Shown: positions 20,004-27,700 of the stretch, in pieces | How positions within the stretch are numbered: the first letter of the stretch is position 1 | Layout of the letters: every line of letters begins with the position of its first letter | Position numbers and translations under genes: made by a program | Notes under the pieces: generated by a model | What the model was told of the DNA's origin: nothing | Databases searched by the model: none | The model's input: the letters and a program-made list of their open reading frames with translations, nothing else | Assembly (NCBI GenBank): GCA_016649875.1 | Contig: JAENWW010000003.1 | Coordinates: 26,415 to 90,414 of the forward strand | Length of the DNA: 64,000 bases | Direction of reading: 5' to 3' | Source of the DNA: Coriobacteriia bacterium | Lineage (GTDB): Bacteria; Actinomycetota; Coriobacteriia; WRKU01; JAENWW01

Positions 20004-20435
20004 ATGAGTAATTTATTCGACATAGATCTCGTCGAGTGGAGGCAGCTTTCGGACGGTCGCCGAGTGGCTCTTTTGAAACTGTCCTTTGCCCCAGATGCCC
20101 TGCAGCGCACAGACACATTACCCGGTTTTTCAAAGCGTCTGCTGTCGTTTCTACCGCAGTTGCGCATTCATGCGTGCCATAACGACGCGCACAAATCTTT
20201 TTCCATGGAGCTCGAAAACACCGAGGTGGCACACGTTTTCGAACATGTGGTCGTCGAACTGGTAGCGCAACTCGGGAGGCACCCGCGTTCGGAAATAAGA
20301 GGGAAAACGGCGTGGAATTTCGCCGTTGACGGGCAAGGCGTTTATCGCGTGAGAATTCGAGGATTCGACTCGCGTGGAGAGGCTCGGGAGATAGCTTGTC
20401 GCGCTCGTGGACTTTTGCAAGAAGTCATGTGTTGA
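20004..20435 (+). CDS. Stand-alone cyanophycin synthetase N-terminal-domain-like protein (putative Zn hydrolase)
   Basis: TDTLPGFSKRLLSFLPQLRIHAC...F..ELENTEVAHVFEHVVVEL...GKT resembles the CphA N domain; start ATG 20004. Confidence 0.7.
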   Translation: MSNLFDIDLVEWRQLSDGRRVALLKLSFAPDALQRTDTLPGFSKRLLSFLPQLRIHACHNDAHKSFSMELENTEVAHVFEHVVVELVAQLGRHPRSEIRGKTAWNFAVDGQGVYRVRIRGFDSRGEAREIACRARGLLQEVMC

Positions 20436-20507
20436 TTCGCACTTTGGGTATACTATAGGTGTACATCAGAAGCTAGTTTAATTGTTTCGATTTCGGAGGT
20501 GTTTGCT

Positions 20508-21029
20508 ATGGGGAAGAGCAACGGTATTGGCGCGTTCATACTGGGCGGAGTCATCGGCGCAGGGTTTGGTTTGCTTTTTGCTCCACGTTCAGGCCACGAA
20601 ACGCGTGAATGTCTTACCGACAAGGCGTTGGAGTTTTGGGATCAAGCCGATGAGGTTTACGAGACCGGGCGCGAGCGTGCGACGGATGCTTATTATGCCG
20701 GTCGGGATATGACTACCGAAGCCTATAACACTGGTCGCGAGCGTGCGACCGAGACAGCCGAGCAGGTTCGTGAAAAAATTGACGAGGCGCGTGAGCGTTT
20801 GTTCGATTTGGTCGGCACAAAGGATGAAGTTGCCGGGGATTTGACCGGTGCAAAGGATGAAGTTGCCAAGGATTTGACCGGTGCAAAGGATAAAGTTGCC
20901 AAGGATTTGACCGGTGCAAAGGATAAAGTCGCGGGGGATTTAGCCGATGCAAAGGATAAAGTCGCCGGGGATTTAGCCGATGCAAAGGATAAATTGACGT
21001 CGAGCACTTCGGCCAATCCGACAGCATGA
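20508..21029 (+). CDS. YtxH-domain protein with 11-mer amphipathic repeats
   Basis: FILGGVIGAGFGLLFAPRSGHETR (YtxH signature); GGAGG RBS before ATG 20508. Confidence 0.9.
   Translation: MGKSNGIGAFILGGVIGAGFGLLFAPRSGHETRECLTDKALEFWDQADEVYETGRERATDAYYAGRDMTTEAYNTGRERATETAEQVREKIDEARERLFDLVGTKDEVAGDLTGAKDEVAKDLTGAKDKVAKDLTGAKDKVAGDLADAKDKVAGDLADAKDKLTSSTSANPTA
20805..20993 (+). repeat. 33 bp coding tandem repeat, about 5.7 copies
   Basis: GATTTGACCGGTGCAAAGGAT(G/A)AAGTTGCCAAG-like units encoding DL(T/A)(G/D)AKD(E/K)VA(G/K). Confidence 0.95.
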
Positions 21030-21093
21030 ACAACTGAATCGACATGTATTTAATAGGGCACTTCAAGGTGATGCCCGTTAAGTGACAAAATGG

Positions 21094-21126
21094 AATCGGC
21101 CTCGCATTAAACGGGGTCGATTTTGT
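21094..21126 (+). terminator. Probable terminator after the ytxH-like gene
   Basis: AATCGGCCTCG-CATTAAA-CGGGGTCGATT followed by TTGT. Confidence 0.6.
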
Positions 21127-21191
21127 ACTAGGAGAATAGACACTCATCATGCGGCGTTCGTGCGCTCGGCACGTAAAAAGGAGAAACTACG

Positions 21192-21971
21192 ATGGCCACC
21201 GTATCGTTGCGGCAGATATACCGCTGTCAAGTCGTCGATCAGAATCGCGAGGTCATCGGCACTGTAGATGATGTGCTGTTCCATCCGCGAGATCCTCTTG
21301 CCGTCGGGTTTTCGGTAAAACCCTTCCGAGTAGGCGGAGTCGTGCCTCTCCCGAAGAGATATCTTTCATTTCATCGCTCTGCGTTTGATTCCGACGGCCG
21401 GCTCGAAGTCGTTCTCGACGAAGATATCACCGATGAGAAGAAAGCGACGAAAGAGGCAAACGCCGCATGGGGGACGAAAGCGGAGCGGGAACTCGGTTTT
21501 TTGTGGGACGATACGATTATTTATTACGGGCAAGCGGTGTTCATCGAGTCGGGAGCACATCTCGGCAAGGTGAGTGATGCTCGTTTCGATATCGAGTCGG
21601 GTACGATTAACGGAATTCAGGTGACTGCGGGCACTGCTGCCGACGCCGCCTTGGGCAAACGGACGATTCCGGGCAAAAGCGTTCTCGGATTTAGCCTCGA
21701 ACATTACGGCATACTCGTTGATGACTCGGCGGCAGAGATCCCCTTCGAGGGAGGAGTTGCCGAATCTGCGGGGAAAGCTACGGCAGTTGCGACCGATGCG
21801 GCTCAAAAAGTCACTGAAACCGCCGTCAAGGGGATTGCGAAGGCGACGGTGTACACCGAGCGCGCCGTTCAACAAGCAGCAAATTCGCCTGCCGGGAAAA
21901 AGGCACGAGGGTGGTTGAGCAGTTTTGCTGAAAATGTCAAAGAGGCGATGAAAGATGAGGAGAATGGGTAA
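21192..21971 (+). CDS. PRC-barrel domain protein (two barrels, Ala-rich tail)
   Basis: VVDQNREVIGTVDDVLFHP and VFIESGAHLGKVSDARFD repeats. Confidence 0.8.
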   Translation: MATVSLRQIYRCQVVDQNREVIGTVDDVLFHPRDPLAVGFSVKPFRVGGVVPLPKRYLSFHRSAFDSDGRLEVVLDEDITDEKKATKEANAAWGTKAERELGFLWDDTIIYYGQAVFIESGAHLGKVSDARFDIESGTINGIQVTAGTAADAALGKRTIPGKSVLGFSLEHYGILVDDSAAEIPFEGGVAESAGKATAVATDAAQKVTETAVKGIAKATVYTERAVQQAANSPAGKKARGWLSSFAENVKEAMKDEENG

Positions 21972-23097
21972 GACGTATTACTGGGTGTTCGTCGCTTTGG
22001 CAGTGATGGCCATTGCGGCAGCAATCTATTTCAGCGGTGCCGAAAAGACGGTGCTTTCGTCGAGTTGCATCGTGACCTATCAAGGAACGAAGCAAAAAGC
22101 AACCACACGAACCACCGTCGACGAATTTGTAAAGAAAGTCGGCAACCCGACGGCGCTGCCGGGTAACCTTCTCGGTCTCGACGAATCGGTTATCGAGACC
22201 GGTACGGGAGACCCCCTTTTGTATGCGATCGATGATGCAATCGTTCCGGGATCGACTTACTTGAGGAACGGCGATGTCGTCTCGACCGTGAATGGAGCGA
22301 GTCGCAAAGAACACACCGTCAAAATCATCAAAGAGGGTCGCGTGGGATTCACCCGTATCGGGAACGGACCTGTCGTTTCGGTGGCGTCAGCCGGAAGGGA
22401 TCCGATCGTGACGACCGTTAAGGGTGAGAAGAGCGGTATCGTCGTGTCGAAGAAAGAAACGCTGATCGGCATTAAGCCGGAGGTTTTATACCGAGAATAT
22501 CGAAACGACAAAAATAAGGTCGTCGCATTGACCTTCGACGATGGTCCGAACCCGGGTGAGACAGGGAAAATCTTGGCTATTCTGAAGAAAGAGAATGCGA
22601 AAGCGACCTTTTTCATGATCGGAACGAATGTCGAGAAATATCCTGTGCTTGCAAAAAAAGTGAGTGACTCGGGAAACCAGGTGGCGCTTCACTCATACCA
22701 CCACGTTTCACTGACCACAAAATCCTTTGCAACCATCAAAAATGAAATTTTGAAAGGGAAAGCCGTCATCCTCAAAGCAACAGGAAAAGTCCCGACTTGG
22801 ATGCGACCGCCCTATGGGGCTGTGGACGGGACGGTCTATGATGCAATTAAAAATGCGAATTTGGGTGTCGCATTTTGGAACGTCGACACCATCGACTGGC
22901 GGAGGCCGGGCAAGCAAAGAATCATCAATCGGGCCGTGTTCGGCATGAGCCCGGGTGTGGTTATTTTGATGCATGACGGCGCTGGGAACAGGTCGCAAAC
23001 GGTCAAAGCTCTTCCGGGCATCATCGGTGAGTATCGGGATGCCGGCTATCGATTCGTTACCATCGAAGAATACTTTGAACTATTAAGTAATAAGTAA
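21955..23097 (+). CDS. Membrane-anchored polysaccharide/peptidoglycan deacetylase (NodB/CE4)
   Basis: N-terminal TM; TFDDGP, HSYHH, RPPYG, DTIDW, LMHD motifs. Confidence 0.92.
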   Translation: MRRMGKTYYWVFVALAVMAIAAAIYFSGAEKTVLSSSCIVTYQGTKQKATTRTTVDEFVKKVGNPTALPGNLLGLDESVIETGTGDPLLYAIDDAIVPGSTYLRNGDVVSTVNGASRKEHTVKIIKEGRVGFTRIGNGPVVSVASAGRDPIVTTVKGEKSGIVVSKKETLIGIKPEVLYREYRNDKNKVVALTFDDGPNPGETGKILAILKKENAKATFFMIGTNVEKYPVLAKKVSDSGNQVALHSYHHVSLTTKSFATIKNEILKGKAVILKATGKVPTWMRPPYGAVDGTVYDAIKNANLGVAFWNVDTIDWRRPGKQRIINRAVFGMSPGVVILMHDGAGNRSQTVKALPGIIGEYRDAGYRFVTIEEYFELLSNK

Positions 23098-23147
23098 AAA
23101 GGGTATACTTGGACTTCCATCGGAAAAAACCGGTCTGGAGGACCTTC

Positions 23148-24131
23148 ATGAAAACACGTGTGACAGAACTGTTGAGAATAGATACTCCCATTATCCAAGG
23201 AGCCATGGCGTGGGTTGCCAATGCAAGTCTGGCCGGCGCGGTAAGCGCAGCAGGCGGTCTCGGTATCATCGCCGCCGGTGCTGCCCCTTTGGATTGGATC
23301 GAGGAGCAAGTCAAGATCGCGCGCACGATGACGACTAATCCCATCGGTGTCAACGTCATGCTGATGAATCCGCAATCCCCCGAAATAGCCCTTTTGCTGG
23401 CCGAGCTCAGAGTCGATGTGATCACCACCGGAGCCGGCAATCCCTCGCCCTATATCGACGCGTGGAAAGAGGCCGGCTGCAGAGTCGTCCCCGTCGTTCC
23501 GTCGAGTGCTCTCGCCGCCCGGATGGAGCGATCCGGAGCCGATGCCGTCATCGCCGAAGGTTCGGAGGCCGGCGGGCACATCGGTGAGCTCACCACCATG
23601 GCGCTCATCCCCCAAGTATGCGACACCGTTTCAATTCCCGTCATCGCTGCCGGCGGCATTGCGGACGGACGTGGTATGGTCGCGGCATTTGCTCTCGGCG
23701 CCGAAGCTGTGCAAATAGGCACGCGCTTCCTCACGATCGATGAATGCACAATCGCCGATGCCTATAAACAGAAAGTCATTTCCGCAAAAGACTCGGATAC
23801 GATAGTAACTGGTCGTGCGAGTGGTCATCCGGTTCGCGGATTGAAGAATGCCTTCTCACGTAACGTCCGTCGTATGGAGGCGGACCCATCGGTCGGTGCC
23901 GATGAGCTCGAAGAGTATTTTGCCGGCTCGCTGCGTCGGGCCGTTCAAGGCGATGCCGACAACGGCTCTTTGATGGCCGGGCAAGTGGCCTGCCTCGTTC
24001 ATGAGCGCAAGACGGCACGCGAGGTTATCGTCGACTTGATGGTCGAGGCCGAAGCGCTCGGTGCGCGAGACCTTTTGCAGATGGCGTCGTGTAATGCGAC
24101 CCGCATTCGAGCCGGCGTGGGCGAAGAGTAG
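23148..24131 (+). CDS. fabK: Enoyl-ACP reductase II FabK
   Basis: PIIQGAMAWVA, EGSEAGGHIG, IAAGGIADG, MAGQVA; heads the fab cluster; start ATG 23148 after GGAGG. Confidence 0.9.
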   Translation: MKTRVTELLRIDTPIIQGAMAWVANASLAGAVSAAGGLGIIAAGAAPLDWIEEQVKIARTMTTNPIGVNVMLMNPQSPEIALLLAELRVDVITTGAGNPSPYIDAWKEAGCRVVPVVPSSALAARMERSGADAVIAEGSEAGGHIGELTTMALIPQVCDTVSIPVIAAGGIADGRGMVAAFALGAEAVQIGTRFLTIDECTIADAYKQKVISAKDSDTIVTGRASGHPVRGLKNAFSRNVRRMEADPSVGADELEEYFAGSLRRAVQGDADNGSLMAGQVACLVHERKTAREVIVDLMVEAEALGARDLLQMASCNATRIRAGVGEE

Positions 24132-24136
24132 GCGGC

Positions 24137-25108
24137 ATGATGAGTGATGCGAACAGAGGCGCGGCATTGCGTATCGCTCCCGATCGACCGGTATATCTCT
24201 TTTCCGGTCAAGGGGCGCAGCGGCCCGGCATGGGTGCCGACTTAGGGGATATTCCCGAAATCGCCGAGGCCTTTTCGTGCGCCTCGGATGTTTTCGGAAT
24301 GGATCTCAAAAAACTCATAGAAGAAGGCTCGCAAGAAGAGCTCGACAAAACCCGAAACGTGCAAGCGGTTCTCGTCGCACTTTCCTTAGGGATTGCTCGT
24401 GGGCTGAGTGCGCGGGGAGTTAAACCTTCTGCCGTCTTGGGATTTTCTCTGGGGCAGATAAGTGCTCTGGCGATTACCGAGATGCTCGGTGTCGAAGAAA
24501 CCTTCGAACTCGCCGAGACTCGTGCGGCACTGATGGAGCAAGCTGCTGAAAATCACCCGGGCGCCATGTGCGCTCTGCTCGGTGCCGATGAAGTATCGGT
24601 GAGCAATCTCTGTGAGAGTTGCGCGCAGGGCGAGGTTCTCGTGGCGGCGAATTTCAACTGTCCGGGGCAAATCGTGATCTCCGGTTCGAAACCGGCGATT
24701 GCCCGTGCACAGGAGGAATGGACCGCCCAAAAGAAGCGTTCCTCTCTGTTGGCCACGAGCGGCGCTTTCCACAGTCCGCTCATGCAAGAGGCTGCAGACG
24801 ATTTCGCGCGCTATCTCAGCACGGTGGAATTTTCTCAGCCCGTCGTTCCGCTCATTTGCAATGTCGATGCACAGCCTTTGCGCGCGGAGTTTGCGGCACA
24901 ACATTTGGCGCAGCACCTGATACGGCCCGTTTTGTTCGAGCAAAGCGTGTCTTCGTTGCGAGAGGCGGGAGCGGAAACATTCGCCGAAATCGGTTTCGGC
25001 GGAGTTCTGACCGGACTGGTGAAGAGAATCGATAGAAGTACCGTTCGCACAACGATTGAAAATAGGACGAGCTTCGACTCGTTTCTCGCGGGACAGGGAG
25101 ATGCATGA
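24137..25108 (+). CDS. fabD: Malonyl-CoA:ACP transacylase
   Basis: FSGQGAQ, GFSLG nucleophile elbow, ANFNCPGQIVISG, SGAFHSPLM. Confidence 0.93.
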   Translation: MMSDANRGAALRIAPDRPVYLFSGQGAQRPGMGADLGDIPEIAEAFSCASDVFGMDLKKLIEEGSQEELDKTRNVQAVLVALSLGIARGLSARGVKPSAVLGFSLGQISALAITEMLGVEETFELAETRAALMEQAAENHPGAMCALLGADEVSVSNLCESCAQGEVLVAANFNCPGQIVISGSKPAIARAQEEWTAQKKRSSLLATSGAFHSPLMQEAADDFARYLSTVEFSQPVVPLICNVDAQPLRAEFAAQHLAQHLIRPVLFEQSVSSLREAGAETFAEIGFGGVLTGLVKRIDRSTVRTTIENRTSFDSFLAGQGDA

Positions 25109-25911
25109 TGGATCAAACGATACAGGGAGATAGCCAGGGAGATAGCGACATCCGAGGCAGCCGCGATTTCGACGGGCGTAGCGCGGTGGTGACAGGATCG
25201 AGTCGCGGAATCGGGCGCGCCGTTGCCGTTGCTCTCGCACGACGGGGATGCAATGTATGTGTGAACTTTGCCTCCTCTTCCAGCGAGAAGGCGGCGCATG
25301 AAACGGCGGACTACCTTGCAGAGACCTTTGGGGTGGATACGATTGTGGTACGTGCCGATGTTGCCGACTCCGTTGAGGTAAGGGACATGATCGAGGCGGC
25401 CCGTGAGGCATTCGGCAGTGTCGACATTTTAGTGAACAATGCCGGAATCACACGTGACGGATTGCTCGTCCGAATGAAAGAGGAAGATTTCGACACGGTT
25501 ATCGATGTGAATCTCAAAGGTACGTTCAACTGCTGCAAAGCGGCGGCGTCGGTGATGATGAAACAGCGTTACGGTCGCATCGTCAACATGGGCAGCATCG
25601 TCGGCGTCGCGGGCAATGCGGGGCAGGCGAACTATGCCGCATCGAAAGCGGGCATCATCGGGTTTTCAAAATCACTGGCGCGCGAACTGGCTGCGCGAAA
25701 CATCACCGTGAACGTCGTCGCGCCCGGTTTCATCGAGACGGATATGACCGGTGCCCTCAGTGAAACGCAACAGGCGTCGATCAGCGAACGCATCGCCGCA
25801 AAACGCTTCGGAAAGCCGGAGGAGGTCGCCGAACTCGTATGTTTTTTGGCGGGGGAGAATGCCGGTTATATCACCGGCCAAGTCGTCGGTATAGATGGAG
25901 GAATGAACTAA
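25105..25911 (+). CDS. fabG: 3-oxoacyl-ACP reductase
   Basis: TGSSRGIG, NNAGITRD, NYAASKAG. Confidence 0.96.
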   Translation: MMDQTIQGDSQGDSDIRGSRDFDGRSAVVTGSSRGIGRAVAVALARRGCNVCVNFASSSSEKAAHETADYLAETFGVDTIVVRADVADSVEVRDMIEAAREAFGSVDILVNNAGITRDGLLVRMKEEDFDTVIDVNLKGTFNCCKAAASVMMKQRYGRIVNMGSIVGVAGNAGQANYAASKAGIIGFSKSLARELAARNITVNVVAPGFIETDMTGALSETQQASISERIAAKRFGKPEEVAELVCFLAGENAGYITGQVVGIDGGMN

Positions 25912-27227
25912 TGAATACGAATCGAGAAAACAACATGATTGACGAAAACAACTCGAGCGTGCAAAACGATATGTGCAATTCCGACGGGACCCATCGTGTG
26001 GTCATCACCGGTATGGGTGCGATTTCTTCCGCCGGCGCCGGCGTCGATGTCATGTGGGAAAAAGTCATGGCTAAGGAGTGCTGCATCGGTGAACTGACGC
26101 GGTTCGATGCGAGTGAGTTCAGTGTGAAAGTCGCCGCGCAGATTCCCGCGTATGATCCCGTCGAGCTCGGACTTTCGAAGAAGGAAGCCCGTCGTTTCGC
26201 TCGGTTCGTCCAATACGCCATAATCGCCTCCGATGAAGCGGTGGCGCAATCGGGACTCGATTTCGAGGAGGAAGACACCGCACGTATCGGATGCATTTTC
26301 GGCTCCGGCATCGGAGGCCTGGAAGATTTCGAGGATGGTTGTCGAACTTTGCATGATAAAGGTCCGAGGCGCGTCAGCCCGTTGTTGATTCCCACGATGC
26401 TTTCGGACATGGCGGCGGGAAACCTTTCGATTCGTTACGGCTTGCGGGGCGAGTGTCTCAATGTGGTGACCGCCTGCGCGACGGGCACACACAATATCGG
26501 ACAGGCCTATCGAAGCATTCGCCATGGATATCTCGATGCCGCACTTGTCGGGGGGACCGAAGAGGCAATCAGCCCGGTGGCAATCGCCGGATTCGCAAAT
26601 CTCGGGGCTCTGACCAAGAGCACCGATCCGCTGCAGGCTTCGATGCCCTTCGACGTGCGGCGCAGCGGATTCGTCGCCGGAGAAGGCGCCGGTGCCTTGA
26701 TCATCGAATCGCTCGAACATGCACTTTCACGTGGCGCGGACATCATCGCCGAAATCGCCGGCTTCGGCTCGACGGGTGACGCGTATCATATGACGTCGCC
26801 GGAGCCTACCGGAGAAGGCGTGATTCGTGCGATGCGCCAAGCGCTCGACGAGGCGGGTCTGACGCCTGATGATATCGGTCACTTGAATGCACACGGGACT
26901 TCGACCTCGGCGAATGATAAAGCAGAATCGGCGGCGCTCATCGGTCTTTGCGGTGAGAAAGGGCATGACATTCCGGTCGTTTCCATCAAAGGCAGCACCG
27001 GTCATATGCTCGGCGCCGCCGGAGCGGTAGAAGCGATCGTCACCGCGCTTTCCGTTGTCAACGATTGTGTTCCTGCCACAACCGGGTTTTCTCAAGCAGA
27101 TCCCGAATGTCCTGTGCGTGTATTGACCGAGCCGCTCAAGAACTATCCGCAAAAAGTCGCATTGAGCAACTCATTGGGATTCGGCGGCCATAACGCATCG
27201 CTTGCCATCAAGGCATACGAAGGGTAG
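25911..27227 (+). CDS. fabF: 3-oxoacyl-ACP synthase II
   Basis: RVVITGMG, TACATG, DAYHMT, NAHGTST, KGSTGHMLGAAG, SNSLGFGGHN; start at TAATG overlap (a later Met is possible). Confidence 0.95.
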   Translation: MNTNRENNMIDENNSSVQNDMCNSDGTHRVVITGMGAISSAGAGVDVMWEKVMAKECCIGELTRFDASEFSVKVAAQIPAYDPVELGLSKKEARRFARFVQYAIIASDEAVAQSGLDFEEEDTARIGCIFGSGIGGLEDFEDGCRTLHDKGPRRVSPLLIPTMLSDMAAGNLSIRYGLRGECLNVVTACATGTHNIGQAYRSIRHGYLDAALVGGTEEAISPVAIAGFANLGALTKSTDPLQASMPFDVRRSGFVAGEGAGALIIESLEHALSRGADIIAEIAGFGSTGDAYHMTSPEPTGEGVIRAMRQALDEAGLTPDDIGHLNAHGTSTSANDKAESAALIGLCGEKGHDIPVVSIKGSTGHMLGAAGAVEAIVTALSVVNDCVPATTGFSQADPECPVRVLTEPLKNYPQKVALSNSLGFGGHNASLAIKAYEG

Positions 27228-27236
27228 GGGATTTTT

Positions 27237-27689
27237 ATGAGAAGCATCGAGTATCCATGCGGGAAAGAAACGATTGAGGCGGTGTTGCCCCATCGCGATC
27301 CCTTCCTGTGGATGAGCCGTGTCAAAGAGTGCGTGCCGGGTGAATCGATCGTGGCCGAACTCGACATAGATGCGGATTTGCCGCTCTTTGTCGGGCACTT
27401 TCCAACCCATCCGGTGTTTCCCGGCGTGTTGCTCATGGAGGCTTTGGCTCAATCGGCTTCGTTTTGTATTTTGGTCGAACGGGATAAAGCGGGTAGTATC
27501 GGATTCTTTACGGGCATCGATAAGGCGAAGTTTCGTCGCCAGGTGTTGCCGGGAGATACCGTGCGCCTCGAGGCGCACATCGTGAAGTCGTCGTCTCGGA
27601 TGTGCGTCGCCGAGGTCGAGGCGAGCGTCAACGGAGAGCGCTGCGCCGCGGCAGTGCAAAAATATGTACTCGATAGCTCGCAGTCGTAA
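27237..27689 (+). CDS. fabZ: 3-hydroxyacyl-ACP dehydratase
   Basis: LPHRDPFL, GHFPTHPVFPGVLLMEALAQ. Confidence 0.96.
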   Translation: MRSIEYPCGKETIEAVLPHRDPFLWMSRVKECVPGESIVAELDIDADLPLFVGHFPTHPVFPGVLLMEALAQSASFCILVERDKAGSIGFFTGIDKAKFRRQVLPGDTVRLEAHIVKSSSRMCVAEVEASVNGERCAAAVQKYVLDSSQS

Positions 27690-27700
27690 GGTTCATTGAG

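Noticed and set aside
20805..20993. 33 bp repeats as a CRISPR array
   Set aside because: The units are contiguous with no spacers, in frame within a CDS, and there are no cas genes.
21050..21081. Extra hairpin GGGCAC...TGCCC as an sRNA or c-di-GMP-II riboswitch
   Set aside because: Only a short motif resembles it; more simply part of the ytxH-like 3' UTR before the terminator.
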